A stretch of DNA of 64,000 nt from Camelus dromedarius (taxonomy: Eukaryota), in assembly GCF_036321535.1 (NCBI RefSeq), contig NC_087440.1:32178001-32242000 (forward strand). Reading direction: 5' to 3'. Numbering within the stretch: position 1 is the stretch's first letter; each line of letters starts with the position of its first letter. The notes beneath the pieces are model-generated. The model was not told the DNA's origin. It worked only from the letters and a program-made list of their open reading frames with translations, and did no database searches. The translations under genes and the position numbers were made by a program. This document shows, piece by piece, positions 1 through 12,400 of the stretch.

Positions 1-197
1 GTTCAGAGTTTTTGCTGAGGCAAAATTCCTTTAGAGGGCTGGGGCCAAGGAAACTACCCCTTAAGATGGGATGCAAATGGATGGGGGAAAAATAAGGTCA
101 ACAGAAGACCTAGGGTCAAAGTTGGACTTGAAAGAGTGGGTCTGGGGATGAGGGAGATCTGCTGGCCACTATCTTCTTGGTATCTGCTCTCCCCTAG

Positions 198-3100
198 CTG
201 GCTGGCCCGTACAGACCCCAAGGATGTGGCACGAGTAGAGAGCAAGACGGTGATTGTAACTCCTTCTCAACGGGACACGGTGCCCCTCCCGGCTGGTGGG
301 GCCCGTGGGCAGCTGGGCAACTGGATGTCCCCAGCTGAGTTCCAGCAAGCTGTGGATGAGAGGTTTCCGGGCTGCATGCAGGGTAACCAGGGCGGGGACC
401 CAGAGGCAGGGGCCCCGAAGGTCAGAATGGGTTGGAATCCTTCATCCAGGTTGCATTTTCCTCCACAGGCCGGACCATGTATGTGCTTCCATTCAGCATG
501 GGTCCCGTGGGCTCCCCACTGTCCCGCATCGGAGTGCAGCTCACGGACTCAGCCTACGTGGTGGCGAGCATGCGCATTATGACCAGGTTGGGGACGCCCG
601 TGTTGCAGGCTCTGGGAGATGGTGATTTTGTCAAGTGTCTGCACTCCGTGGGCCAGCCCCTAACTGGGCAAGGTGAGTGCCTGCTCGGCCCAGGGGAGGA
701 CACAAAGGCCTTCTTATATTCAGAGGGAACCCCAAATCCTACCCACCCTGATGGGTGAGATACCTATTTCTCAAGATCTTGGGTATCAGTGGGCTGGGGG
801 TCAAGCTGTGTTGGTGGAGCCATTTGCATAAGATTGAGAAGACTCAGTTATCCACTTCCAAGAATAGGGGCATGAGAACTGATGGATATTATGAGGTGGG
901 GGTCTTTAGCCACCCACTGGCACCACCACTGCTCCCAAGTGTTTCTCTTACCAACTCCTGCCCTCCTCCAGCCCCTGATACCCCAGTGCCTGATGCCCCT
1001 GTTGTTAGCGCCATGACCCCATTGTCCCCAGGGGAGCCGGTGAGCCAGTGGCCATGCAACCCAGAGAAAACCCTGATTGGCCATGTGCCCGACCAACGGG
1101 AGATCGTCTCCTTCGGCAGTGGCTATGGTGGCAACTCCCTGCTGGGCAAGAAGTGCTTTGCCCTTCGCATCGCCTCTCGGCTGGCCCGGGATGAGGGCTG
1201 GCTGGCGGAGCACATGCTGGTGAGGGCCTGGTGAGGATCTGGGCAGCTTTGGGGAGCAGGGCAGGGGTGGGGCCTGGCCAGTCAGCCTCAGCCTTGCCTC
1301 TCCACTGCCAGGTGCCAGATCAGTGGCCAGGGACTCTGACCAAATGCCCAAAGCTTTGGCCCGAGGCTGCTGAATGTTGGGGGGCTTCCCCTTGCCACCA
1401 CCCCAGGCCCCGTGGCAAGGCAGTGCCCCTATTTAGTGAATAAACACCAGTCCTCCCTCTTGACCCCTAGCTTTCCTTCCCATCCAGACCATGTTTGACC
1501 TCCCATGACCTCCTCTTTGTTCCCTCTCTCCCCAACTCGCAGATCCTGGGTATTACCAACCCCGTGGGGAAGAAGCGTTATGTGGCAGCCGCCTTCCCCA
1601 GTGCCTGTGGCAAGACGAACCTGGCCATGATGCGGCCAGCACTGCCAGGCTGGAAAGTGGAGTGTGTTGGGGATGACATCGCCTGGATGAGGTTTGACAG
1701 TGATGGTGAGAAGCCTCGGATTGTACTTTCGATTCTGGTTCTTACCAGAGCATAGGAGTCTCCCCTCCTCTGCTCATGGTGAACTTTGTCAGTAACAAGC
1801 TTTTCCTGAACAACTGCTCCTCCCAGCAGCCCGTTCACCTTGGAAGTGTAAAGCCCTTCCCCAGCAGATCTAGGGTCCAGCTCAGGGAAGGGAGGGACAG
1901 AGCAGGACCTTCTGCAGCTGAACCTCTCAACTCTTCCTGGTCAGTCCTTCCTTTCTTTCACTTCTCCTCCCAACAGGTCAACTCCGGGCCATCAACCCTG
2001 AGAATGGCTTCTTTGGAGTGGCACCTGGCACCTCTGCCACCACCAACCCCAATGCCATGGCCACAATCCAGAGTAACACTCTTTTCACCAACGTGGCTGA
2101 GACCAGTGATGGCGGCGTGTATTGGGAGGGCATTGACCTGCCTCTTCCACCTGGTGTCACCGTGACCTCCTGGCTGGGCAAACCCTGGAAACCTGGTATG
2201 TGGGGTGAGGGAATCATGACACAGCCCCCAGGGCTCAGCACCTTGATGATATAAAAGCCTCCTCTGCAACCTGCCACCATCTCCCAGGACCTCCAGGAGG
2301 CACAAGGAGTTACGAATCTTCAGTTTCCAACCCCAGGCAAGATTTCAGTTCACGTCCCAACTCCACCAAGTACTGGCTCTGTGTCCTGGCTGGGTCGCTC
2401 AGCCTCCTGAGCTTCAGAGTCCCCATGAGTTGAATGGGGAGAGTTATTACAGTACCTATCCCATAAGGTGTTGGAGGATTAAATTAAATAATGCATGCAA
2501 AGGGTTCAACACAGTGCGAAATACAGACTAAATTCTCAATATAAGTTGGATATTTTTAAAGGGGGAGGGCTGTCTTAGAAATTATTATAGAAGGAATTGG
2601 GCTCAAAGCACATCCATAAAGTTTGACCCATTAGGAAGGAAGAAGCCTGCCCCTCCCTCTGCCACTTGGCCCCCACCATCCCCCTGTATAATAACCATTG
2701 TCTAAAGGTCAGTATTATTGCCCTCACCCTTCCCCTGTCCCTCCAACACATGTACCCCAATCCTTCCAGATGAAATCAGACCAGCTCTTTAGCCTCTCTT
2801 AGAAGGTAGTTTCTCAACCCTGTCATTACCCTCTGGGGCCCTGCAGCCCTGCCCCCTCCCCTAGCCCTGCACTCTGGACCTTCAGCTTTCAGTGGCCTTT
2901 GGCAGTCAGATTGCCGAGGCCTATGGGAGGCGGGGGAAGCTGGACAAAGAAGAGTGTGGCAGGGGAGGGTGGCCTGTGGTCACTGAAGCCCACATTCAAA
3001 TCTTCCAGGCTGGCCTAGCAGTCACCCTCTTCATCTAATCACCCTTCATTTTCTCTACCACCATCATTAAGCCCTTCTCAGCCTCCCCACCCGACTGAGA

Positions 3101-5330
3101 AATCCAAGAAACTTTCATATTTCCCCACAGGCTAGTTCCCCAACCCTTTCATCATCTCTGGATTCAGGGGTATAACTGGGGCATATTGTGCCCAGCTTCA
3201 ATTCTCAGAATAATACCCTGTGCCAGGTTCTGAATTGGGGGCGGATGGAAGTGCAAGAGAGAAGCATTAGAGATGGCTCTTACGTGAGAGTGGAGGCAGG
3301 AGCTGGGGGCCCTGGCTCTGCGACTTCCTTGCCCCCCACGTCTGACCAGCAACCTCGAGCAGAGAAAGCTCCGTGTCCATTCAGGGTCCCCATGATGGTC
3401 CTTTATACATCTGCCAATGACTGGTCCCAACCCCTCTCCAGGGCACCTAAGAGGCCAAATGACCTGGGCTCCTCAAGTTATGCCTGCCCAGGTTATCTCC
3501 TAGTCTGAGTTCTTCAAGCCCTTTCACTCCAGCAGGGTCTGAGCAGACCAAGGGAAATCACCAAAATCCTGCTAGCTTTAAAATCAAGTCCCCTTTGCAT
3601 TTTGATAACTCAGGAGATTGTCTTCCCGCATTTGCTGATGGAAAGTCAATTATCTGAAAAACTGACCTGACAATCTTCCATTTTTGCTTTAGGTTTGAGT
3701 ATTTATTTAAATAATCATCCTGTAAATTAAAAGAAGCATTTCTGGGGGAAATTTTCTATTATAACCATATGCCAAAATCTAACCCCATTCCCTTGAGCAC
3801 TGGTCAATGCCATGTGGCTATGGCTTGGCATAAACATTGGTGTCCTGCTAAACCCCAGTTCTTCTCCCACTCTTCTCCCACAGCTCAGCCGATACCACCA
3901 TCATGGATAAATAACCTGATCTTTGAGGGTGATGTTCTGGCTCCCTTCCCCCTGCTCCTTATCAACCTCCAACCTGAGATTGCAGGGAGCCGATGAGGCA
4001 AAAAGAAATTGTGCAAGAGTACCTGCAAATGTTTGTGTCTTTGGGGGATGCACATGCCCTTGGGAGTGATAGTGATGGTATTTCCTCTGCCAGGTGACAA
4101 GGAGCCTTGTGCACATCCCAACTCTCGCTTTTGTGCCCCGGCTCGCCAGTGCCCCATCATGGACCCAGCCTGGGAGGCCCCGGAGGGTGTTCCCATTGAT
4201 GCCATCATCTTTGGAGGTCGCAGACCCAAAGGTAAACCTCATGTGGGCTCCATGCCTTCTGGGTGAAGGGTATGGCTCTCTATCAGGGCCCACCTCCCCC
4301 TTGTACTTGAAGCTCAGAGAGCGTCAGCCTAGATCGCCAACTACAGCTGTCTGCCTCTAGAGCGCTCCCCTGGAGAATGCAAAATTAGGGCATGGTGGGG
4401 AGGCATGGGGTTTGAAAAGGCAACAGTTGAGGTCCTAGGGGAGAGAGAGAGAGTGTGTAGGAGTCAAGGTTACCAGAAGGGATGGAGTGAGGGTGCAAAG
4501 ATACGAGCTGCCTGTGATTGTGTGTGTGGTGTCCCAGGAGTCCCCCTGGTTTACGAGGCCTTCAGCTGGCGCCACGGTGTGTTTGTGGGCAGTGCCATGC
4601 GCTCAGAGTCCACTGCTGCAGCTGAGCACAAAGGTAAGCTCCCTCCCTGCCCCTTTTCTTTGTGCCAGCATCACCTCTTCTCTCCCTTCCTGAGCCAGAC
4701 CTTCCTCCTGCCCACCGCTTCCCATGTTTCCTTCCCCCATTCCCTTCTCTTCACCCTGCCTCGAGGCTATTCCAGAACTGCCAACATTTCACAACTTCCT
4801 CTGGCTGGAGGCAGGGTGCCCCTCTCTTCTCCAATAAGGAGGAAGACTCCTTACCCATTCTGCTCTTCTCCCCAGGGAAGGTCATCATGCATGACCCATT
4901 TGCCATGCGGCCCTTTTTCGGCTACAACTTTGGGCGCTACCTTGAACACTGGCTGAGCATGGAAGGGCGCAAGGGGGTCCGGCTGCCCCGCATCTTCCAT
5001 GTCAACTGGTTCCGGCGTGACGAGGCAGGCCGCTTCCTGTGGCCAGGCTTTGGAGAGAATGCTCGGGTGCTAGACTGGATCTGCCGGAGGCTAGAAGGGG
5101 AGGACAGTGCCCGAGAGACGCCCATCGGGCTGGTGCCAAAGGAAGGCGCCTTGGATCTCAGCGGCCTGGGAGCCATAGACACCACCCAGCTGTTCTCACT
5201 CCCCAAGGACTTCTGGGAACAGGAAGTTCGTGACATTCGGAGCTACCTGACAGAGCAGGTCAACCAGGATCTGCCCAAAGAGGTGTTGGCTGAGCTGGAG
5301 GCCCTGGAGGGACGTGTGCACAAAATGTGA
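198..5330 (+). CDS. PCK2: Phosphoenolpyruvate carboxykinase 2, mitochondrial (PEPCK-M); partial, coding exons 3-10 (5' part outside window)
   Basis: AG/GT-bounded, phase-consistent exons: 198-382, 469-672, 1032-1219, 1543-1705, 1977-2195, 4094-4231, 4538-4633, 4876-5330 (TGA). Peptides [57 protein letters not shown] and [13 protein letters not shown] are GTP-PEPCK motifs. Synteny with DCAF11 favours PCK2 over PCK1. Confidence 0.98.
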
Positions 5331-6874
5331 CCTGAGGCTCCCAGCCTGGGGCTCCTGCCTAGTGAGAGAGCACAGCACCCCACCCCCACACCCCAGAATA
5401 AGCGAGCCACCAGGCTTGCAGAAAATATGAGCAGCTTGCCATGAGACACGGCCACAGACCTCTCCCCACATGCTGTCCAATAATAAGAGATGCTTGTTTA
5501 TAACATCTGTGCTGTTTTCTTTTCCTGCCTACCATCCCAGGCTTCCCTCTAACACCAATTTCACAATCTTCTTCCAGCCCTTCCAAGCAGCTGGTGGCCC
5601 AGTGCAGCCCGGCCTGGCACAGCCTGGTGGTATGAGGCAGCTCGACCACTGGGCCATATAAGTAGAAATTGGTTGGAGAAGGAAGTATCCACTCCTGTCC
5701 TGAGATCTTTAAAAGGTGGGGCCTCTGTGAGCTGCTCAGTACAGCCTGTAGGTCTAAAATTCTCAATCTCCCATCAGAGATGCAGAAGCCAGTATAACCG
5801 ACCCCACTCTCCAGTGAAGCAGCTCCACTGTCGATTCTCGACCTGTTTTTCCTCCTGCCTGACCTGAAATTGAGACTCGCAAAGAATGCATGAAGACATA
5901 ACTCAGCATCAAGGCAGCTAACACTTCTGTGTGCCAGGCACTGTTCAGGGGCATCAGCTGAGAATAACTTCACCTGTGATCTGGATCAGGCTGAGTGAAT
6001 GTATAAACTGAGATGGGTACAATGAAGTCTATACCCAGAAAATGAGAACAAATTTTAACAAATAAAATTAAAATTCTCATTTTAAAAATGGAAATAAAAA
6101 AAAAAAACCTAGGGATTCCCTCAAAAGAAAACACTGGAGAAGGAAACACCAAGTGTTCTCATAGAAAACAGCCAATGACGAGCTACAATGCGTAAGAGCA
6201 GGAAAGAATCTGAAGGTCAGAGTGGTTCACATCCTAAAAGACAGTTAGCAATGGAGCCCATTGCATTTATAAATATACAGCTTCAGCTTTATAAACAGCA
6301 TGTGATAACTGAAACAATATGATCAGAAGCAGCATAATATGGATGTTAGGAACCTAGTAGTCTCTGGCCAGGGGTGCCTCTCAGTTTCTTCAGCTGTAAA
6401 ATGGGGATGTGCCTACATCTAAGTGTTGTGAGGATTAAAAGAATCATTGGAGCCAGGCACTCAGCACTATGCCTGGCAAGAAATAAACATTGAATATGTT
6501 AGCCGCTCTCACCTTTCCATTCTGTTTTGATTAGAGTAGGCCCCGTAAGCATGTATTATATGTTGCTGACTCTACAGTTTAAGAGGAAAATGAGCAATGT
6601 AAATAAAATTTAGGGGAGAAAGAAAACAGGTTTGAAAATAAGTCCTTCCAGGAAAGAGGCAAGGAACCGGAGTTCCAGGCACCTCCCTGGTACCTAAATG
6701 CACAGTGATAGGAAGTGTCAGCCTTAAAAATGATTTTATTAATTAGAATAAAATAATGCTGCATGCCCTACAGCTCCAAATAAATGATACAATATAGTTA
6801 ACAAATTTTAGTTAACTTTTAATTTATTTATTTGAGTTGATGTAATGCCTTTTTTATTGAATATAGTTGATTTA

Positions 6875-6994
6875 ATTTCTTTTTGTTGGGGGAGGAAATT
6901 AGATTTATTTATTTAATGGCAGTACTGGGGATCAAACGCATGACCTCATGCATGCTAAGCACACACTCTACCACTGAGCTATCACTGTTCCCCC
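6875..6994 (-). mobile_element. Vic-1-like camelid tRNA-derived SINE inserted into an L1 3' fragment
   Basis: Reverse complement of ...TAGCTCAGTGGTAGAG...CATGAGGTCATGCGTTTGATCCCCAGTAC.... 8-bp TSD TTGATTTA at 6867-6874 and 6995-7002. Host sequence TTTTTATTGAATATAGTTGATTT...TGTACAGC is an L1 3' end. Confidence 0.85.
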
Positions 6995-7035
6995 TTGATT
7001 TAGAATGTTGTGCTAATTTCTGGTGTACAGCATAA

Positions 7036-8160
7036 ACCATTTTATTTTAAAATAAAACAGATACAGAAAATTGTACAAAACAAAAACATAGCTTAATAAA
7101 CTAATATACAGCAAATACCCTTGAAAACATCACCCAGAGAAAGAAACAGAACTTTGCCAAATACCAAAAGCCCTTCCACCCTCCTGGCCATGTTCTTCAT
7201 CTTCATCACAGCCCTTCCTGGTGTAAATGGACACTATGGTTCATGACAATAACATCCTTGCTTTTTTTTTTTTTTTTGGAGTTTTATTACCAAAATCCAG
7301 ATCCCTAACATTACAGTTTAGTCCTGCCCATTTAAAAAAATTCCATATGCTTTTTAAGTCTCTTTCAATCTACAGGCTCCTCTTCCATTCCTTTCTTTTC
7401 CTTCAGTTTAACCATTGAAGAATCCAGGCTTTGTTGCTCAATGCCTAGATTCATTCATTTATTAGGGATTTCAAAACAGCTCTGTTCAAAATCTGTCATA
7501 ATAGTTGGAATACTTTTACAAAGGAACACTTTTATCTTCTATTTCATTACCCTGAGGTACAGTTTATATAGGAATAGCAAGGTAACTGCCTGATTTTTTA
7601 TCATCTTCAAAATAATAATCTGTTTTTGTATCATCCTTCAAAAAGGTTACACACACACACAACCCATTATGAACTCATGGATTTAAATATACCTTCTATT
7701 AATGCTCAAATTAACCCATTTTTGGCCATAAGAGCTTGGCTCCTGAGTCCTTTTGCCATTACTCTGATCATGTTTGCTGGCTTCTTTGCTCGCTAGTATG
7801 GTAAGTTGTTCCATGTTCATCTGTACATTTCCTGCCCCAGACCTGGAATCAGCCATTGTCTCCAAGCTCTGGTTTCTTCCCCTGGGAAATGATATTTTAA
7901 GATCCAGGTGGTAGAAGTGTTTATTGCTACTAGATTGTTTCTAGATCTTTTCAGTGGATAGGGATAGGGAGATAAAACACCTCATGAGTTCATACTGATA
8001 GTTCCTATTCAAACTCAGGGCTACAGGGTTTTTAACCTCTGTATCACTTCTGTACCTCCTCTCTGCCACACAAAAAATTCTGGTTCTCAAGGACACAGGC
8101 CACAAGAATATTAGAAATCCCATAATTACTCAATTGCTTTATAGTCAACACATTTAATTT
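7036..8160 (-). mobile_element. Ancient L1M 3' region fragments
   Basis: AT-rich decayed sequence with L1MC/ME-like 3' UTR motifs; boundaries approximate. Confidence 0.55.
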
Positions 8161-8865
8161 TAAGTCCTGGGCAAATTAACATACTTCCCCCTTTCCTTCT
8201 ACACAGAGAATGCTACAAAAAGATAATGCATAAACTCATGTCATTGGTCACTTTGGGAAACAAAACACTCCCTTGTGTTGCCCAGAGCTATACATGTGTC
8301 CCAGGAGCTCTGTGCAGTCACCAGGCTGGGAGCTGGGACTAGGGAGAGGGAGGACAGGGTTACCCAGAGAAAGAAAAATTTGCTTTCCTTCTCTCCTCCC
8401 AAGCCCAGCCCGCCCTCTGGTGGAGATGCTAATAATCAGGAAACAGCCCAAATCAGGTCAGACAGGAAGTCAACTAGCTGACATTTACACAGCAATTACT
8501 AGAACCAGTCCTAAAATGGGTGCTGAAGGTAGAAAACCTCTCTGTGGCTTCAAGTGGCTTTAAATGTAGCTGGGGAGGGTGAAGAGTGCCCAAATGAAAA
8601 GCACTTAACAAACTGTCAGCAAATAACATGCCAAATTTCAAAATCATGAGAGGGAAGGTCTATAAAGTTGATCAAAGTGACTTAACATTATTTTTAAAGT
8701 AATACCATTTTCTTTCCATAGAACACACAGTATAGCCTAACATATAAATGCTTATATATTTTTTTAAATATTGTAAGTCACAAGTGATATAACCAAGTTC
8801 ATAGGCTTAAAAATCTTTTACATACAAAAATCTATCAGTGGATCCTGAGATGAAATCCTACATTC

Positions 8866-9295
8866 TGCTGACTGAAAAAAAAAAAAGCACAACCTAAAAG
8901 TGGACTTGCTGAGGACTTAAGCCCAGAGGCAGCTTCTCAGATAGCTCTTAGGGACTGCTCTGAAGAGGTAAGGGAGGAGCCAGGATACATAGCAGTTTTT
9001 GTAACAAAAATCTGGTAGTTGGAACATCAAAAGATTACTATTAATCAAAGAAAAAACAGACATCTCAAGTTAATGAATTTAGCGCTCTTCTATGTATGGG
9101 AAGATACAAGAGCCTGGACTTTTGAAATCAGTCCTTTGATATGCACCTTATCTATCTAGGGCCAGCATCCTGCTTTTCTGCAGTCTGAATCCCCTCAAGG
9201 TGCACAGTCCAGACTGCTGCAGTGGCTTGGCTGATGGCTTGATGGCGGCAATATCCTTTGTTTACTGATAAGGCAGGTGACATTTTTCATCTACA
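8866..9295. mobile_element. Solo LTR, ERV1 class (MER41-like artiodactyl/camelid family, tentative)
   Basis: TG...CA termini, 430 bp, flanked by a perfect 4-bp target-site duplication ATTC (8862-8865 and 9296-9299), which is typical of ERV1. Family name is from memory only. Confidence 0.8.
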
Positions 9296-9518
9296 ATTCT
9301 TTGGCATTTGATTTGATATGAAGACTCATTTTGGTTATAAAACCTCAGATTTTTCTTTTTAACATTTAACCATGACTTTTAAATGTTTTATTCAGTAATG
9401 TACAGTTCCATATTTCAAAGGGTTGCATTTAGATTTTAAGTTTTAAACTGGATTTGTAGGTTAAAAGGATTTGCAAGCTAAGGAGAAGAGGAAAGAGGTA
9501 ATTTTAAAATACATTATT

Positions 9519-9650
9519 GGGGGGAGGATATAACTCAGTGGTAGAGTGCATGCCTAGCATGCATGAGGTCCTGGGTTCAATTCCCAGTACCTCTATTAAA
9601 TCGATCAATTTAATCAATCAATCAACCTAATTAAAAAATTAAAAAAAAAT
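9519..9650 (+). mobile_element. Vic-1-like SINE
   Basis: GGGGAGGATATAACTCAGTGGTAGAG (A box)...GGTTCAATTCCC (B box)...AACCTAATT plus an A-rich tail. Confidence 0.9.
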
Positions 9651-11799
9651 TTTTAATCTAGACACCATAAAAATGAATTATTAAGGAGATGAGTTTAACA
9701 GAAGTTTTTGTTTTCTGTGGACCTCAGGTGGTCGAATTTTTTTAACCATAATACTCTGTTTAGCTGTATCTTTGCCAGTAGTTCATACAAGCACTTCTCC
9801 ATTTTATTATTTGTTTAATGATATAATGAGCCTAGGTATTTTAATATTTTTAATGAAAAATTGAAACCATATTGGTTTTGCCTCCAACACCACCATTTTA
9901 AACTAAAAATGTAACTTGCACAATTTCCCATGGCATAAAATTAGACTACCTCATTTTAATGGCTACCTGGTATTTCTGTGTCTACCGTATGGATCATAAT
10001 TTATTTAACCAATCCCATCCTGTTGCAGTGTTTGGATCTATTTTGTTTCCAGTGTTTTACTTCTATCAGTAATTGCTCTGCTGAACATAAACATTTATGC
10101 TAGACTTAGCATATAGGTCAGAGCTCAATTCCTAGAAGTGACACCAGCGGCTCATGAGGAAGTGAGTCTGATTGGTAGAGACAAAGTTTCCCCTAGATAA
10201 ACTCTCCTGGGAAGGTACAGACATGGAAACAAGCAAGAATTGATGGCCATATTTGCTTGGCAGAAGTAACAACAACAAAAAAATAACACCAGTAAAAAAC
10301 AGAGAATCAGGTTTGGAAGTCTGTATTTGAAACAACGATGGTGAACCAGTTGTAGGTTCTTAAGCTTTTAAAGAACACTGCAGTAGATCAACTAGAGAGG
10401 CATGAAATAGTGAAAATTTAATTTGGAGTGGTGACCCTGAAAGCAACCTCAACTACAGCTAAGAATCCATAGGACTTGAAGAACTGAATTTAAAGGACAA
10501 AGAAGAGGGAAAGATCATTTTGAAAATGATTCCAGATTTTCCAAGCTGGCCAACCCAGAAACCACAGAATCCTAAGGTCTCAGTATATATTATTATAGGT
10601 CACAGATAGTAAGTAATCTGGCAATAGGAGATGGGTGACTGGCAGAATCTGCTATATAATTAGTAGAGCCCAGAGAAAGGGGAAATGTGGGGTGCTTTTT
10701 CAAAGATTTTAAAGAATTTCAAACGCTGACAGCAGAACATTTAAGTGTGGGTTCGACTGTACAGGTCGCACACCCATGAAGCCGGCCCTGGTGACTGTGG
10801 ATAAGTTCAGGTCTAGCGGTCTAGAAACCAGGAGGCAACACCCGAAGGATTGACCACACCCTCGCCCTCCCAAGGAGAGTGAACCCCAGAAGGAGAGCCC
10901 GGGGACACTAAGGGCCCCCACTCCCTTTTCTGTCCTCAAGGGGCTCTGGGCGGGGGACAGATCGAAGCACTTAGGGAGACTGCGGGCTGGGGGCGCTGAG
11001 GTGCAGCTTGGACCCGGGGCCTTTCCGCTCTGCATGGTCACTGGAGCCACACACTCCCACCCCCACTCCATACTGGGCGAGGATCCCGAGGTACAAAAGT
11101 CCCGGCCTTGGACTCAGCCGGGTTACTCATAAACCCAGAGGAGAGGGTAGGAGGCGACGCGCGTGCACACTCTGGACCGGCGGCCCCGGGCGGAGAGGAA
11201 CCTCAGGGACAGAGGGGCCAAGGAAGGTTCGCAAATGCTCGAGGGCCCAAAGGCGTCAGAGGGGAACTGACAAAGAGGAAAGGCCTGTGAAGACCCACGG
11301 GTACATTAGGGAGCGTCTGCAAAGACCGCGGAGGGAAGCCAGGGGTCATCTAAAAAGTTGCCAAAGCGGCTAAGAGGAGGTCTAGAAAGGACCATCCCCA
11401 CAAGAACAAGGCTTCCGGAAGCTAAACCCGGAAGGGAGGGTGTGAAGCCCTGGGTTCCCATATGTGACGTGAACACACTCCAAAGGCGCCAGGTACCCCT
11501 TAGGGCAGGGCCGACTAGAGCTGTAGCCAGCTACACGAAGAAGGCTGGAGCCGGGTGAGGGACAAGGGGAAGAAAGAGACCCTTAGAGACCGTCTGAAAA
11601 GTGCAGAGCCAAATGGACACAAGGGACCGACAGCAAATTGTACCCCTTGCTAAGACATTTCTCGTCAGCAAAGCACCAATTTCTTTTCTAAGCCCCTCCC
11701 CTCACCCAGTAAATCTAGTTCCGTTGTCTCTGATTCAGGAAGCAGAGGTTCCCCACTTACTCCTCCCAATAAGGAGCGAACGCCCCTCCTGTGTCGCAC

Positions 11800-12400
11800 T
11801 CTTTCTCCTCCCCTTACACCCCTCACGCACTTTATCCCGCCCATCTGTCAATCACCGTGCTAAGCTGTCCAGTGAGCGGGCCAAGGGGGCGGGGCCGTCA
11901 GGGCGTCACGTGAGGTCCGCTGTCCGCCGGCCGCGGAGCACGGAGATGTGACGAAGGAGGCGCGTGACGAAGGAGCGGTTGGCCGACGCCGCGGCTGCCG
12001 TCCGTGTAAACAAGGCTTCGCGCCGCTGCGGGTCCTGCGACCACTCCTGGCTGGTGGGTGGTCTCGCGCGGGGCTGTAACAGCCAGCTTTGTGGGAGGTG
12101 CTTCTCGGCTTCCTCCCTGCCTCTCCCCCCACAGCGTACACACCCCCGGCACACCACGTGGGCGTGAGGCAAGGAAGGAGGGGGTGTTAGGCCGAATTTT
12201 AACCTCATTGGTTGTCCCTGCCGCCGGCTTTCGCAAGGGAGTGCTCTGATTGGTCAGTAAAGGGGGCGTCGGGGGGTCTTTGAGACCTAAGGCCTCTGAT
12301 TGGTTAGATGAGATAAGCTAATGAGGTCCTTTCTTCCGCGAGGGGTTTTGATTGGTCGGCCGGAGAGGTACCTGGGAATCCACCCCCATCCCGGGGACTT
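11800..12400. promoter_or_regulatory. CpG-island promoter of DCAF11 (probably bidirectional)
   Basis: CpG-rich. GC box GGGGCGGGG near 11887-11895, E-box/CLEAR-like GTCACGTGAG 11905-11914, direct repeat GTGACGAAGGAG at 11948-11959 and 11964-11975, four ATTGG boxes at 12207, 12249, 12299 and 12351. Strong acceptor poly(T)...CACAG ending 12516, ahead of the ATG exon. Confidence 0.85.

Noticed and set aside
4405-4956. 183-aa ORF, and other long ORFs spanning exon and intron (755-1234, 38463-39050, 39142-39675, 49319-49987)
   Set aside because: Each is a real exon plus open flanking intron, not a separate gene.
9519-9600. tRNA genes at the five tRNA-like sequences
   Set aside because: They have A-rich tails, TSDs and diverged stems typical of tRNA-derived SINEs, and no intact cloverleaf acceptor stem.
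11008-11951. Small ORFs upstream of DCAF11 (121 aa and 116 aa)
   Set aside because: Arg/Pro/Gly-rich ORFs typical of CpG-island DNA, with non-ATG starts and no homology that I recognise.
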